This document shows positions 8,192 to 16,792 of a stretch of DNA of 62,606 nucleotides, piece by piece. The notes below the pieces were generated by a model that saw only the letters and a program-made list of their open reading frames with translations, was not told the DNA's origin and made no database searches. Both the position numbers and the translations under genes were made by a program. Every line of letters starts with the position of its first letter. Position 1 is the first letter of the stretch. The DNA is from an uncultured bacterium (lineage in GTDB: Bacteria > Verrucomicrobiota > Kiritimatiellia > CAIQIC01 > Lenti-01): contig CACXEY010000254.1 in the NCBI GenBank assembly GCA_902766695.1, positions 1-62,606 on the forward strand, written 5' to 3'.

Positions 8192-9457
8192 TCAGGCCAC
8201 GCCCTCCGTCGCCGCCATCGCCGCGTCCGCGTTGCACTCCACGGGGATCGGCTCGCCGGCCGCCTTGCGCGCCGACGCGATGTCCTTGAGCCCGTTGCCC
8301 GTGCACATCAAGACCACTTCCTCGTCCGCGCCGACGATTCCCGCCGCCGCCGCGCGCTTGAGCCCGCCCCATGCGCACGCCGCCGCCGGCTCCGCGAAGA
8401 CCCCGCTGTGCCGCGCGATTTCCGGGATCGCGGCCAGGATCTCCGCATCCGGGACCTGCACCGCCCTCCCGCCCGACTCCCATACCGCGCGCACCGCGGC
8501 CAGCCCGTCGCGCGGGATGTCCACCGATATCGAGTCCGCGACCGTCGTCGCCTGCACCGGCGCCACCTCCACCGACTTCCAGTCCGGGGTGCCGCCCTTC
8601 TCGCGCAGCCTGTCGAACGCCAGCGCGATCGCGTTGCTGGCCTCCGACTGCGCGCAAAGCAGCTTCGGCAGCTTGTCCGTGATGCCCGCATCCTTCAAAT
8701 CCCGGAACCCCTTCCACACGCCCGATATGATGTTCCCGTCGCCGACCGGCACCGCGACCCATTCCGGCACGTGCCCCAGCTCGTCGACGATCTCGAACGC
8801 CACCGTCTTCTTCCCCTCGCGCGTGAACGGATTGTACCCGGTGTTCCGGTTGAACCACCCGCGCTTCGCGCAAACGTCCATGCACAGGTCGAACGCGTCG
8901 TCGTACGTCCCCTTCACCGCGAGCACGCGCGCCCCGAACGTCAGCAGCTGCGCGATTTTCGCCGCCGGCGCCGCCTCGGGCACGAAGATCACGCACGGCA
9001 TCCCCACGCTCGCCGCGAGGCACGCCATCGAGCTGCCCGCGTTGCCCGTGCTCGCCCCGCAGACCACCGACGCCCCCGTCTCGCGCGCCCGCGCCAGCGC
9101 CACCGCGCCCGCCCGGTCCTTGAACGACGCGCTCGGATTCTGCCCGTCGTCCTTGATCCGCAGGTTCTTGAGCCCCGCCAGTTCCCCGAGCCGAGGCGCG
9201 TCGATCAGCGGCGTGAGCCCGACCCGCAGCGGCGGCACCAAATCCAGCCTCGACACCGGCATCAGCGCCGCGTACCGGAACACGTTCCGCCGCGCGACCT
9301 CCTTCCACCAGTCCGGCACGGGCCGCACGCGCGGCCACTCGTACACCACCTCGAGGTTCCCCCCGCACGCCGGGCACACGTACCCGTTGAAATCCCTGTC
9401 CTGCACCGCTCCGCACCGGAAGCACCTGAAACCGTTGAAATGCGTCTTGTAGTTCAT
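8192..9457 (-). CDS. thrC: threonine synthase (PLP-dependent) with N-terminal zinc ribbon
   Basis: PLP-lysine motif PSASFKDRAG, GASTGNAGSS, and N-terminal CFRCGAV...CPACGG. The start was taken at ATG 9457 (MNYKTHF), inside ORF 8192..9526. Confidence 0.9.
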   Translation of the reverse strand: MNYKTHFNGFRCFRCGAVQDRDFNGYVCPACGGNLEVVYEWPRVRPVPDWWKEVARRNVFRYAALMPVSRLDLVPPLRVGLTPLIDAPRLGELAGLKNLRIKDDGQNPSASFKDRAGAVALARARETGASVVCGASTGNAGSSMACLAASVGMPCVIFVPEAAPAAKIAQLLTFGARVLAVKGTYDDAFDLCMDVCAKRGWFNRNTGYNPFTREGKKTVAFEIVDELGHVPEWVAVPVGDGNIISGVWKGFRDLKDAGITDKLPKLLCAQSEASNAIALAFDRLREKGGTPDWKSVEVAPVQATTVADSISVDIPRDGLAAVRAVWESGGRAVQVPDAEILAAIPEIARHSGVFAEPAAACAWGGLKRAAAAGIVGADEEVVLMCTGNGLKDIASARKAAGEPIPVECNADAAMAATEGVA

Positions 9458-9550
9458 GCCGCCAGTATGGCCGCACCGCTCCCCGCACGCAAACAAAATC
9501 CGCCGCGTTCCCGTTTTCCCCCGCACCTCCGGGCCCCCCCCTTCCGCGCC

Positions 9551-10741
9551 TCAGGGCGCGGCGCGGAGAATGCGGGCGGCGGCGTGGTCGAGGGCGGACT
9601 GCGGATCCTCCTGGCCGGCGGTCACGTTCGAGAGGGTGGACTCCATCGCGCTCCAGAAGGAGCCCATCTGCGGGATGTTCGGCATCAGCATGCCGGCTTC
9701 GACGTTCTGCATCGCGCCCGCGATGAGCGGGTCGGCGGCGAGTTCCTCGGCGTAGGCCTTGAGGGCGGGGACGCCGAGGGCGACGTGGCGGTTCATCGCG
9801 GCCAGGCCTTCGGGCGTGACGAGGTAGTGTTCGAGGAATTCCTGCGCGAGTTCGAGGTCGGGGCTGGAGCGGTTGTACATCGCGCCGACGATCCCCACGA
9901 ACGGGCGCGCGGGCTTGCCGTGGATGCCCGGGATCGTCGCGACGCCGAAGTCGATCCCGCTCTTGCGCAGGTTCGCCCACGCGAAGGGGCCCGAGATGAA
10001 CATCGCCAGCCGCCCAGTCGCCATGCGTTCCTCCGCGATGGAGTAGCTCAGGGCCGACGGCATCGTGCCGTTCTCGATGAGGCCGCGGATGGCGGAGAGC
10101 GCTTCGACGGCGCCCGGGGCGTTGACGCCGATGTCGCGGACGTCGTAGTCGCCGGCGGCGTCGCGGCCGAAGACGTAGCCGCCGTCGGAGGCGAGGATGC
10201 CGAAGGTGAAGTAGCTGTTGTTGTAGTCCCACATGATGGGGGAGGCGTTCTTCGCGGCGAGCGGCTTGGCGAGGGCCGCGCAACCGGCGAGGTCGGCGGG
10301 GATTTCGCCGGGGGAGATGAGCGCCTTGTTGTAGATCAGGCCGGTGACCTCCATCGCGATGGGGTAGCCCCAGAGGCGGCCGCGGTGGGTGAAGCCTTCC
10401 CACGCCTTCGGGTAGATGCGGTTGGTGAAGGCCGGATCGGGGTCGATCGGCAGCAGCAGCCCCGCGTCCGCCCACTCGCCGAGGCGGTCGTGCGCCCAGA
10501 TCAGGATGTCGGGCCCGCGGCCGCTCTTCGCGGCGTTGAAGAACTTGTCGGGCACGCCGTCGGGATGCTCCACGACCACGGGCACGCCCGTGTTCTCCGT
10601 GAAGACCTTCCCGATCTCCTCGATGCCCTGGTATCCCTTGTCGCCGTTGATCCAGATGCGGAGGAGGCCTTCCTCGTCCGCCCGGACCCGCGGCGCGGCC
10701 GCCAGCAGCACGGCGGCGGCTACGGTCCGAAACAATTGCAT
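9551..10741 (-). CDS. malE: maltose/maltodextrin-binding periplasmic protein (MalE-like ABC solute-binding protein)
   Basis: Collinear with E. coli MalE by eye: LRIWINGDKGYQGIEEIGKVF..GVPVVVEHPD...GPDILIWAHDRLGEWADAGLL...GRLWGYPIAMEVTGLIYNK...ISGPFAWANL...MPNIPQMGSFWSA. The signal peptide MQLFRTVAAAVLLAAAPRVRA starts at ATG 10741; an alternative ATG lies at 10768. Confidence 0.85.
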   Translation of the reverse strand: MQLFRTVAAAVLLAAAPRVRADEEGLLRIWINGDKGYQGIEEIGKVFTENTGVPVVVEHPDGVPDKFFNAAKSGRGPDILIWAHDRLGEWADAGLLLPIDPDPAFTNRIYPKAWEGFTHRGRLWGYPIAMEVTGLIYNKALISPGEIPADLAGCAALAKPLAAKNASPIMWDYNNSYFTFGILASDGGYVFGRDAAGDYDVRDIGVNAPGAVEALSAIRGLIENGTMPSALSYSIAEERMATGRLAMFISGPFAWANLRKSGIDFGVATIPGIHGKPARPFVGIVGAMYNRSSPDLELAQEFLEHYLVTPEGLAAMNRHVALGVPALKAYAEELAADPLIAGAMQNVEAGMLMPNIPQMGSFWSAMESTLSNVTAGQEDPQSALDHAAARILRAAP

Positions 10742-11042
10742 GGTGCGCGGTGTGTTCACGGGACGCATCCTATCCCGCGGAGCCGCCCCGGCAAAGGAAA
10801 AAGCGCCGGCGCCCCGCGGGAAACCCTCCCTCGGAGAATCGAAAGCATGGAAAACCGCCGGTTTCGCGCAAGAATGAAATAATCTCATTTGACGGGCCGC
10901 CGGCTTCCCGCCGGGCACGGGACAGGGCGCGGAGACGCCGCGACGCATGGGCAGGGAGGCGAGCCCCCTCGCCTACCCGCGGTCGGGGCCTGCATCTTGG
11001 CGAAAGCGCGGAGGGAATGCACCGGGCGCCTTGCCGCCCCCC

Positions 11043-13172
11043 TCAGAAGTCGTCGAGGAGTTCGTCTTCGGCGTCGGGGAAGCCGAACAGACCGCCGTCC
11101 CCGTCGCCGTCGCCGTCTTCTTCGCCGGAGAGCGGGTCGGCGGAATCCGGGGCGGGCGTCGCGGCGGCCCCCCCTTCGGGCAGTTCGAGGCCGAGGGATT
11201 CGGCGCGGGAGAGGGCGTCGCGGAGGTGGTCGGTGATGGTTTCGTCGCCCGGACGGAGGCGGGCGGCGCGGTGGAGATGGCGGACGGCTTCGGGAATGTT
11301 CCCCATCTGGTAGTGAATCCAGCCGAGGGTGTCGAGGTAGGCCGCGTTGTCGGGGTCGCCGGCCAGGGAGCGGAGGCTGTAGTCGAGGGCTTCGTCGAGG
11401 TTTTCGCCGGCTTCCGCCCAGACGTACGCGAGATGGTTGAGGGCTTCGGCGAAGTCGGGGTCGAGTTCGAGGCAGCGCCGCAGGACGTCGAGGGAGGCGT
11501 CGCACTCGCCGGCGCCTTCGAGGGCCACGCCGTACCAGTAGAGGGTGCGCGGAGTCTGGTTGCGCGCCTTCTCGAAGGGATGCTTCTCCATGGTGTCGAA
11601 GGCGCGGCGGAAGGCGCGGACGGCACCCGGCGCGTCGGCGGCATCCATCAGCAGCGCGGCCTGCGCGATGGACAGGGCGGCGTTTTCGTGGCCGGTGAGC
11701 TTGTCGGCGCGGCGCAGGACGGAGAGGACGTTGCGCCGCTGGGTCCGCGAGGAATAGCGGTCGAGGGCGAGGGCGATGTAGCGGAGGTGGAGGTCGGGTT
11801 CGGCTTCCATGCCGCGGACGAGCCAGGCCGCGGCTTCGTCGAGCCGCCGCACGCGGGTGAGGGCCAGGGCGTAGTTGTTGCAGAAGGAGGCGGAGAGGGG
11901 GGCGACGTCGTCGTCCCCGCCGTCGGCCCCGGCGGCCCGTTCGTGGAGTTCCGCGGCGCGCTCGAAGAGGGCGATGGCCTCGGACGGACGGTCGAGGGCG
12001 AGGGTGAACCCGGCGAGCATCTCGATGATGCCGGGGTCGTCGGGAAGGTGCGCGGCGGCGAGCCGGAGGGTCTCGGCGGCTTCGGCGGGATCGTCGCGGT
12101 ACTGGAGGGCGGCGAGGCAGAGCCAGCCGTCGGGATACCCGGGGTCGAGTTCGGTGGCACGCCGGAACTGGGCCTCGGCTTCGTCGGGAAGGCGGTTTTT
12201 CAGGTAGAGGCGGCCCTGCCGGACGCAGGTGGCGGCGTCGGGGGCCTCGGGCAGGGGCGCTTCGGCGGAGTCATCGCCGCCGGCGCCGGCGAGGCGGAAG
12301 CGGGTGAGCAGGATGCGCTCCCGGAGCGCGCTGTCGTCGGGGCGGAGCTTGAGGGCTTCCTCGAAGCAGGTCAGCGCCTCCGCGGGATTCCCCGCGCGCA
12401 GATACAGGGACCCGAGGCCGATCCAGGGGGCGCCGTCGCCGGGCTCCGCCTCGGTGGCGATGCGCAGGTGCGCGATGGCGGCGTCGAGGGAGCGGCGGGC
12501 GTCTTCTTCGCGTCCGGCCCCGAGGGCGTCGAGGCGGGCGAGCTGGATGCGGGCCGCGAGGCGGTGGAGGTCGAGGGCGGGCGGCGCGGCGGCGATGCCG
12601 CGGTCGAGGACGGACTGGACGGCGGCGACCGCCGCGTCGTCGGTCGGCGAGTCGCCGTGTTCGGCAGCGGCCGCGGCGGAGAGGAGCATCCAGTTGGATT
12701 CCGTGGCGGGGTCGAGCGCGACGAGGCGTTCGAGGAGTTCGCGGGCGCGTCCGGGTTCGTCGTTGGTCGCGTAGTACTGGCCGAGCCAGCCGAGGACCCG
12801 GTCGGAATCGGGATGCCCGGCGAGGAAATCCTCGGCGAGTTCCAGGGCTTCGCGCTCGCGGTGCAGCCGCACCAGCATGGACGCGGCGCCGAGGGCGGCG
12901 CGGGAGGACCCGGGATCGAGGGCGAGGGCGCGGCGGTAGGCGTCGCAGGCGGCGGCGAAGTCGGCCTCCCGCTCCGCGCCCGCCGCGGTGGCGTACCAGG
13001 CGTGGGCCCCGGCGCGGCGCACGGCCGCATCGTCGAGGGGCATTGCCACGAACCCTCCGTCCTGCAGGGGCGGAGGGTTCTGGATGGAGCGGCAACCGGT
13101 TCCCCACGCGGCGACGAGGCCGCAGAGGAGGAACGCGGCGGCCGCCCGGGGCGTGCCGGGAAGGCCGCGCAT
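11043..13172 (-). CDS. TPR-repeat lipoprotein with acidic C-terminal tail
   Basis: Signal/lipobox-like N-terminus MRGLPGTPRAAAAFLLCGLVAAWGTGC. TPR-like helical pairs occur throughout (A..YY..A...P....A...LG). The tail reads EEDGDGDGDGGLFGFPDAEDELLDDF. Confidence 0.8.
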   Translation of the reverse strand: MRGLPGTPRAAAAFLLCGLVAAWGTGCRSIQNPPPLQDGGFVAMPLDDAAVRRAGAHAWYATAAGAEREADFAAACDAYRRALALDPGSSRAALGAASMLVRLHREREALELAEDFLAGHPDSDRVLGWLGQYYATNDEPGRARELLERLVALDPATESNWMLLSAAAAAEHGDSPTDDAAVAAVQSVLDRGIAAAPPALDLHRLAARIQLARLDALGAGREEDARRSLDAAIAHLRIATEAEPGDGAPWIGLGSLYLRAGNPAEALTCFEEALKLRPDDSALRERILLTRFRLAGAGGDDSAEAPLPEAPDAATCVRQGRLYLKNRLPDEAEAQFRRATELDPGYPDGWLCLAALQYRDDPAEAAETLRLAAAHLPDDPGIIEMLAGFTLALDRPSEAIALFERAAELHERAAGADGGDDDVAPLSASFCNNYALALTRVRRLDEAAAWLVRGMEAEPDLHLRYIALALDRYSSRTQRRNVLSVLRRADKLTGHENAALSIAQAALLMDAADAPGAVRAFRRAFDTMEKHPFEKARNQTPRTLYWYGVALEGAGECDASLDVLRRCLELDPDFAEALNHLAYVWAEAGENLDEALDYSLRSLAGDPDNAAYLDTLGWIHYQMGNIPEAVRHLHRAARLRPGDETITDHLRDALSRAESLGLELPEGGAAATPAPDSADPLSGEEDGDGDGDGGLFGFPDAEDELLDDF

Positions 13173-13183
13173 GCGCGTTCGCC

Positions 13184-13273
13184 CTACTTGTTCTTGTGGC
13201 GGTCCGCGCGGAGGCGTTTGCGGCGTTTGTGCTTGGCCATCTTGACGCGGCGTTTCTTCTTTACCGAACCCAT
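13184..13273 (-). CDS. 29-aa basic micro-protein resembling ribosomal protein bS22
   Basis: Not in the ORF track. The reverse complement reads ATG GGT TCG GTA AAG AAG AAA CGC ... TAG, giving MGSVKKKRRVKMAKHKRRKRLRADRHKNK. AGGAG lies 5 nt upstream. It resembles mycobacterial bS22 ([21 protein letters not shown]...). Confidence 0.65.
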   Translation of the reverse strand: MGSVKKKRRVKMAKHKRRKRLRADRHKNK

Positions 13274-13315
13274 GTATTGACTCCTGTTGGTTTTTGAAAG
13301 GATTGTCTTGCCATC

Positions 13316-14188
13316 CTACGGCACGACCTTGTTCAATGCAAGCTCAATCATGCCTTCCGCGCCCGCCGCCTTCAGCTTGGGCAGGATCTCGCGGACGACC
13401 GATTCGTCCACCACCGCCTCGATCGCGACCCAGCTGGGGTCGGAGAGGGTGTTGACGGTCGGCGAATGCAGCGCGGGCAGGACGGACGCGACGGCGGCCA
13501 CGTCGCCCTTCTTGGCGTTCATCTTCAGCAGGACCTTGCTTTCCGCGCGGAGGGCGCCGGAGAGGAGCATCGCGAGCTGTTCGAGCTTGGCGCGCTTGGC
13601 GGGGTCCGCCCAGGACTCCTTGTTGGCGATCAGGCGGGTGGTGCTGGTCAGCACCGTGTCGATGATGCGCAGGTGGTTGGCGCGCAGGGAGCTGCCCGTC
13701 TCGGTCAGTTCGACGATCGCGTCGACCAGCTCGGGCGCCTTGACTTCGGTCGCGCCCCAGGAGAATTCGACTTCGGCGTGGACGCCGTGTTCGGCGAGGT
13801 AGCGCTTGGTGAGGCCGACGGCTTCGGTGGCGATGCGCTTGCCTTCGAGGTCCTCGACCTTCTGGATGGGGGAGGCTTCGGGGACGGCGACGACCCAGCG
13901 GACGGGATGGCTGGTGGCCTTGGAGTAGCAGAGTTCGGCGACTTCGACGACGTCGGCGCCGTTCTCGTAGATCCAGTCGTAGCCGGTGAGGCCGGCGTCG
14001 AGGAGGCCCAGCGAGACGTAGCGGGCGATTTCCTGGGGACGGACCAGGCGGGCGGCGATGTCGGGATCGTCGATCGTGGGCACGTACGAGCGCGAACCGC
14101 ACGTGCAATTCCAGCCCGCGCGCTTGAGCAACGCAAAGGTGCTTTCCTGCAGGCTGCCCTTCGGCAGCGCCAATTTCAATGTCGCCAT
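13316..14188 (-). CDS. hisG: ATP phosphoribosyltransferase, long form
   Basis: [22 protein letters not shown]; PRPP-loop-like [14 protein letters not shown]; a C-terminal regulatory domain is present (290 aa). Confidence 0.9.
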   Translation of the reverse strand: MATLKLALPKGSLQESTFALLKRAGWNCTCGSRSYVPTIDDPDIAARLVRPQEIARYVSLGLLDAGLTGYDWIYENGADVVEVAELCYSKATSHPVRWVVAVPEASPIQKVEDLEGKRIATEAVGLTKRYLAEHGVHAEVEFSWGATEVKAPELVDAIVELTETGSSLRANHLRIIDTVLTSTTRLIANKESWADPAKRAKLEQLAMLLSGALRAESKVLLKMNAKKGDVAAVASVLPALHSPTVNTLSDPSWVAIEAVVDESVVREILPKLKAAGAEGMIELALNKVVP

Positions 14189-14357
14189 GGGATGTCTCCT
14201 CTTCTTCTACTACTGCTTCTTCTTCGTCTTTCGCTTCTTGCTTGCGTTCCGGGGAACCGCGGCGCACGGCCCGGTCCCGACGGATTGGCCGCGCATGATA
14301 CGCCCTCCCCCCGCCGCAATCAACTCCCGATTCCGACTCTTTCCCGCCGCGCGGGAT

Positions 14358-14386
14358 TTGACGTTTCGGGAAACCGTGGGTATCTT
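14358..14386 (+). promoter_or_regulatory. candidate sigma70-type promoter for grpE (TTGACG-17 nt-TATCTT)
   Basis: ttgacg (14358-14363), a 17-nt spacer, then tatctt (14381-14386), about 30 nt upstream of the grpE ATG. No CIRCE element was seen. Confidence 0.3.
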
Positions 14387-14415
14387 TGCCGGATGACAAG
14401 GAAACAGGACCGCCC

Positions 14416-15018
14416 ATGAAGAAACACACCCATCCGCACGAACACCCGTCCAAAACCGAGGAAGAGGCCGCCGTCCGCGAACCGGCGGAGGAAGAACCCA
14501 TGCCCGCCGGGGAGGCGGAACCCGAAGCCGCCCCGGAGGTCCCCGCCGATGCGCCCGACGGCGCCGGAGACGCCGCCCCGTCCGCCGAAGACGCCCTCCG
14601 GGACCAGTTGCTCCGCCTCCAGGCCGACTTCGACAACTACCGCAAGCGCATCGACCGCGAGCGCAAGGACTGGGCCGTCTTCGCCAACGAAAAGCTCCTC
14701 AAGGACCTGCTCCCCGCCCTCGACAACTTCGAACTCGGCCTCGCCAACGGCGTCAAGGCCAACGCTCCCGAACCCCTCCTCGAAGGCCTCCGCCTGGTCA
14801 AGGGACAGCTCGAAGGCGCCCTCGCCAAGTCCGGAGTCACCCCCGTCGACGCCGAAGGTCTCCCCTTCGACCCCAACCTCCACGAAGCCATCACCCACAT
14901 GCCTTCTCCCGACGTTCCCGAAGGCACCGTCCTCGCCCAGACCCGCCGCGGCTACAAGATGGGCGACAAGCTCCTCCGCCCCGCCCAGGTCGTCGTCTCC
15001 TCCGGCCCCCCCGCCTGA
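14416..15018 (+). CDS. grpE: nucleotide exchange factor GrpE
   Basis: LRDQLLRLQADFDNYRKRIDRERKD...LLKDLLPALDNFELGL...HEAI. ATG 14416 is preceded by AAGGAAACAGGA; the ORF-track start at 14386 is a TTG inside the putative -10 box. Confidence 0.9.
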   Translation: MKKHTHPHEHPSKTEEEAAVREPAEEEPMPAGEAEPEAAPEVPADAPDGAGDAAPSAEDALRDQLLRLQADFDNYRKRIDRERKDWAVFANEKLLKDLLPALDNFELGLANGVKANAPEPLLEGLRLVKGQLEGALAKSGVTPVDAEGLPFDPNLHEAITHMPSPDVPEGTVLAQTRRGYKMGDKLLRPAQVVVSSGPPA

Positions 15019-15138
15019 GCCCGGACCAGCCGGCGTCGGTTCTTTTCGCACACCGCCTCTTTTCAACCCCGTCCCTTTCCGCGGAGAACAGACCTCCAAG
15101 GAACGATGGAGTTGTCAGGTTTCGTGCGAAGCCGTGTT

Positions 15139-15340
15139 GGTAGGGCGGCGAGTCCCCTCGCCGCCGGAAACTGGAACGCGCAAGCGAATGTCATCGGAGG
15201 TGCGGATGCAATCCGGCCAGGCCCCGGAAAAACAGGCCTCCGCGCATCTCCGGCGTGCTCCGTCGGCATTCCTCTCTCCGGCGGGCAGGGACTGCCCGCC
15301 CTACCCTTCCCTGCACACGGGGAATCGCAGGGGTTTCGCC
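15139..15340. repeat. cluster of dispersed intergenic repeats, including two TAGGGCGG-type palindromes
   Basis: ggtagggcggcgagtcccctcgccgcc (15139-15165); perfect palindrome ggcgggcag-gga-ctgcccgcc (15280-15300); cccttccctgcacacggggaatcgcaggggtttcgcc (15304-15340). All three have copies at 60.0-60.5 kb. Confidence 0.75.
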
Positions 15341-15464
15341 TGACGACTCCCCGTGTCCCATTCGGGGGGTACCCTTGCACGCTCTCCGGCATGCCGGGAC
15401 GGCAACAATGCGAGTGACAAAAGGGGACGGCCATGCGAAATTCCGGCAACGTCCAAGGTGCGAC

Positions 15465-16652
15465 ATGGAAGAATCCACTGAACAAACGGGAGGGAACGGG
15501 GGGATGGCCCCGAAAACGGCAGGCTCCATCCGGCCCCCCGCGAGTTCCGGGCTCTACGTCCACGTCCCGTTCTGCGTGCGGAAGTGCGCGTATTGCGCTT
15601 TCTTCTCGGAGGTGCGCGCTTCGGACGGCGGCCTCGCACGGGAGTGGTTGAGGGGAATCGGGAGGGAGATGAGGGACGTCCCGGAGGGGTTTGCGCCGGA
15701 CACGGTGTTCATCGGCGGAGGGACGCCGACGGCGTTGCCGGAAGACGCCTTCGCACGGCTCCTGGCGATGATCGCGGAGAGATGGGGCGGGCCGGGCGTG
15801 CGGGAATGGACGGTGGAGGCCAATCCGGGGACGCTGACGCCGGGCAAATTGCGGATCATGCGGGAGGCGGGGGTGACGCGGCTGTCCCTGGGGGCGCAAT
15901 CGTTTTCGGAGAAGGCGCTGGCGGCGCTGGGACGCATCCACACGCCGGGACAGATCCGCGAGGCGGCGGCCCTGGCGAGGGATGCCGGAATCGGGCAGGT
16001 GTCGCTCGATCTCATGTACGGGTGGGCGGCGGCCTCCGCGAAGGAGGCGCTCGACACGGTGCGCGCCGACCTCGACGCGGCGCTGGCGCTGGCGCCGGAC
16101 CACCTCTCGGCCTACTGCCTCGAAATCGAAGAAGGGACGCCCCTCGCCGCCCGCCGCGGCGCGGGCGGGACCGTGACCGCCCCGCCGGCCTGGCAGCGGC
16201 GCGCCTACGACCTGATCCGGCGGCGCCTCGCGGCGGCCGGATTCGTGCACTACGAACTCTCCAACTTCGCCCGTCCGGGCCGTGAATGCCGCCACAACCT
16301 GCTTTACTGGACGGGCGGCGCCTACATCGGCCTCGGCCCCGCCGCGCATTCCCACTGGAACGGTGAACGGCGGGGCAACTCCCCCACCCTGCCGGCCTGG
16401 TCGGTCGCCTTCCGCGAGACGCTCCCCCCCCGGCGCAAGGCGTGCGAAACCCTGGTGATGGGACTGCGCCGGACCGCGGGCTGGACACGGGAGGGATTCC
16501 GCGCCGCCACGGGATTCGACTACCTGGACCTGCGGGGACCGGAAATCCGGCGGCTGGCGGCCGACGGGCTCCTGCTCGCCTCCCCGGACCGAATCCGCCT
16601 CCCCGCCTCGGCCTACTTCACCAGCGACGCCGTCTTCGCCGCGCTCGTCTGA
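15465..16652 (+). CDS. hemW: radical SAM heme chaperone HemW / oxygen-independent coproporphyrinogen oxidase-like protein
   Basis: GLYVHVPFCVRKCAYCAFF (CxxxCxxC radical-SAM cluster), GGGTPT, and about 395 aa. ATG 15465 (MEESTEQ) lies inside ORF 15255..16652. Confidence 0.85.
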   Translation: MEESTEQTGGNGGMAPKTAGSIRPPASSGLYVHVPFCVRKCAYCAFFSEVRASDGGLAREWLRGIGREMRDVPEGFAPDTVFIGGGTPTALPEDAFARLLAMIAERWGGPGVREWTVEANPGTLTPGKLRIMREAGVTRLSLGAQSFSEKALAALGRIHTPGQIREAAALARDAGIGQVSLDLMYGWAAASAKEALDTVRADLDAALALAPDHLSAYCLEIEEGTPLAARRGAGGTVTAPPAWQRRAYDLIRRRLAAAGFVHYELSNFARPGRECRHNLLYWTGGAYIGLGPAAHSHWNGERRGNSPTLPAWSVAFRETLPPRRKACETLVMGLRRTAGWTREGFRAATGFDYLDLRGPEIRRLAADGLLLASPDRIRLPASAYFTSDAVFAALV

Positions 16653-16792
16653 CGGCGTCCGCCGCGTCTTCCGCCCCGCCCTGCAAAGCGCCCGGCGGCG
16701 CCGTCTGCGCGCCACCGGGCTCTCCGCCCCTCCCCGTCCTTTCCCCGGGCTCAGTCCCCTCCGCCACCGCCGGACGCCGGCTCTTCGACACG

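Noticed and set aside
7673-13280. Long alternative-frame ORFs over obg/thrC/malE/TPR (7673..10882 +, 8142..10475 -, 10947..13280 +, and 7022..8176 -).
   Set aside because: Each overlaps a gene with clear family signatures, and their own translations are Arg/Gly/Pro low complexity.
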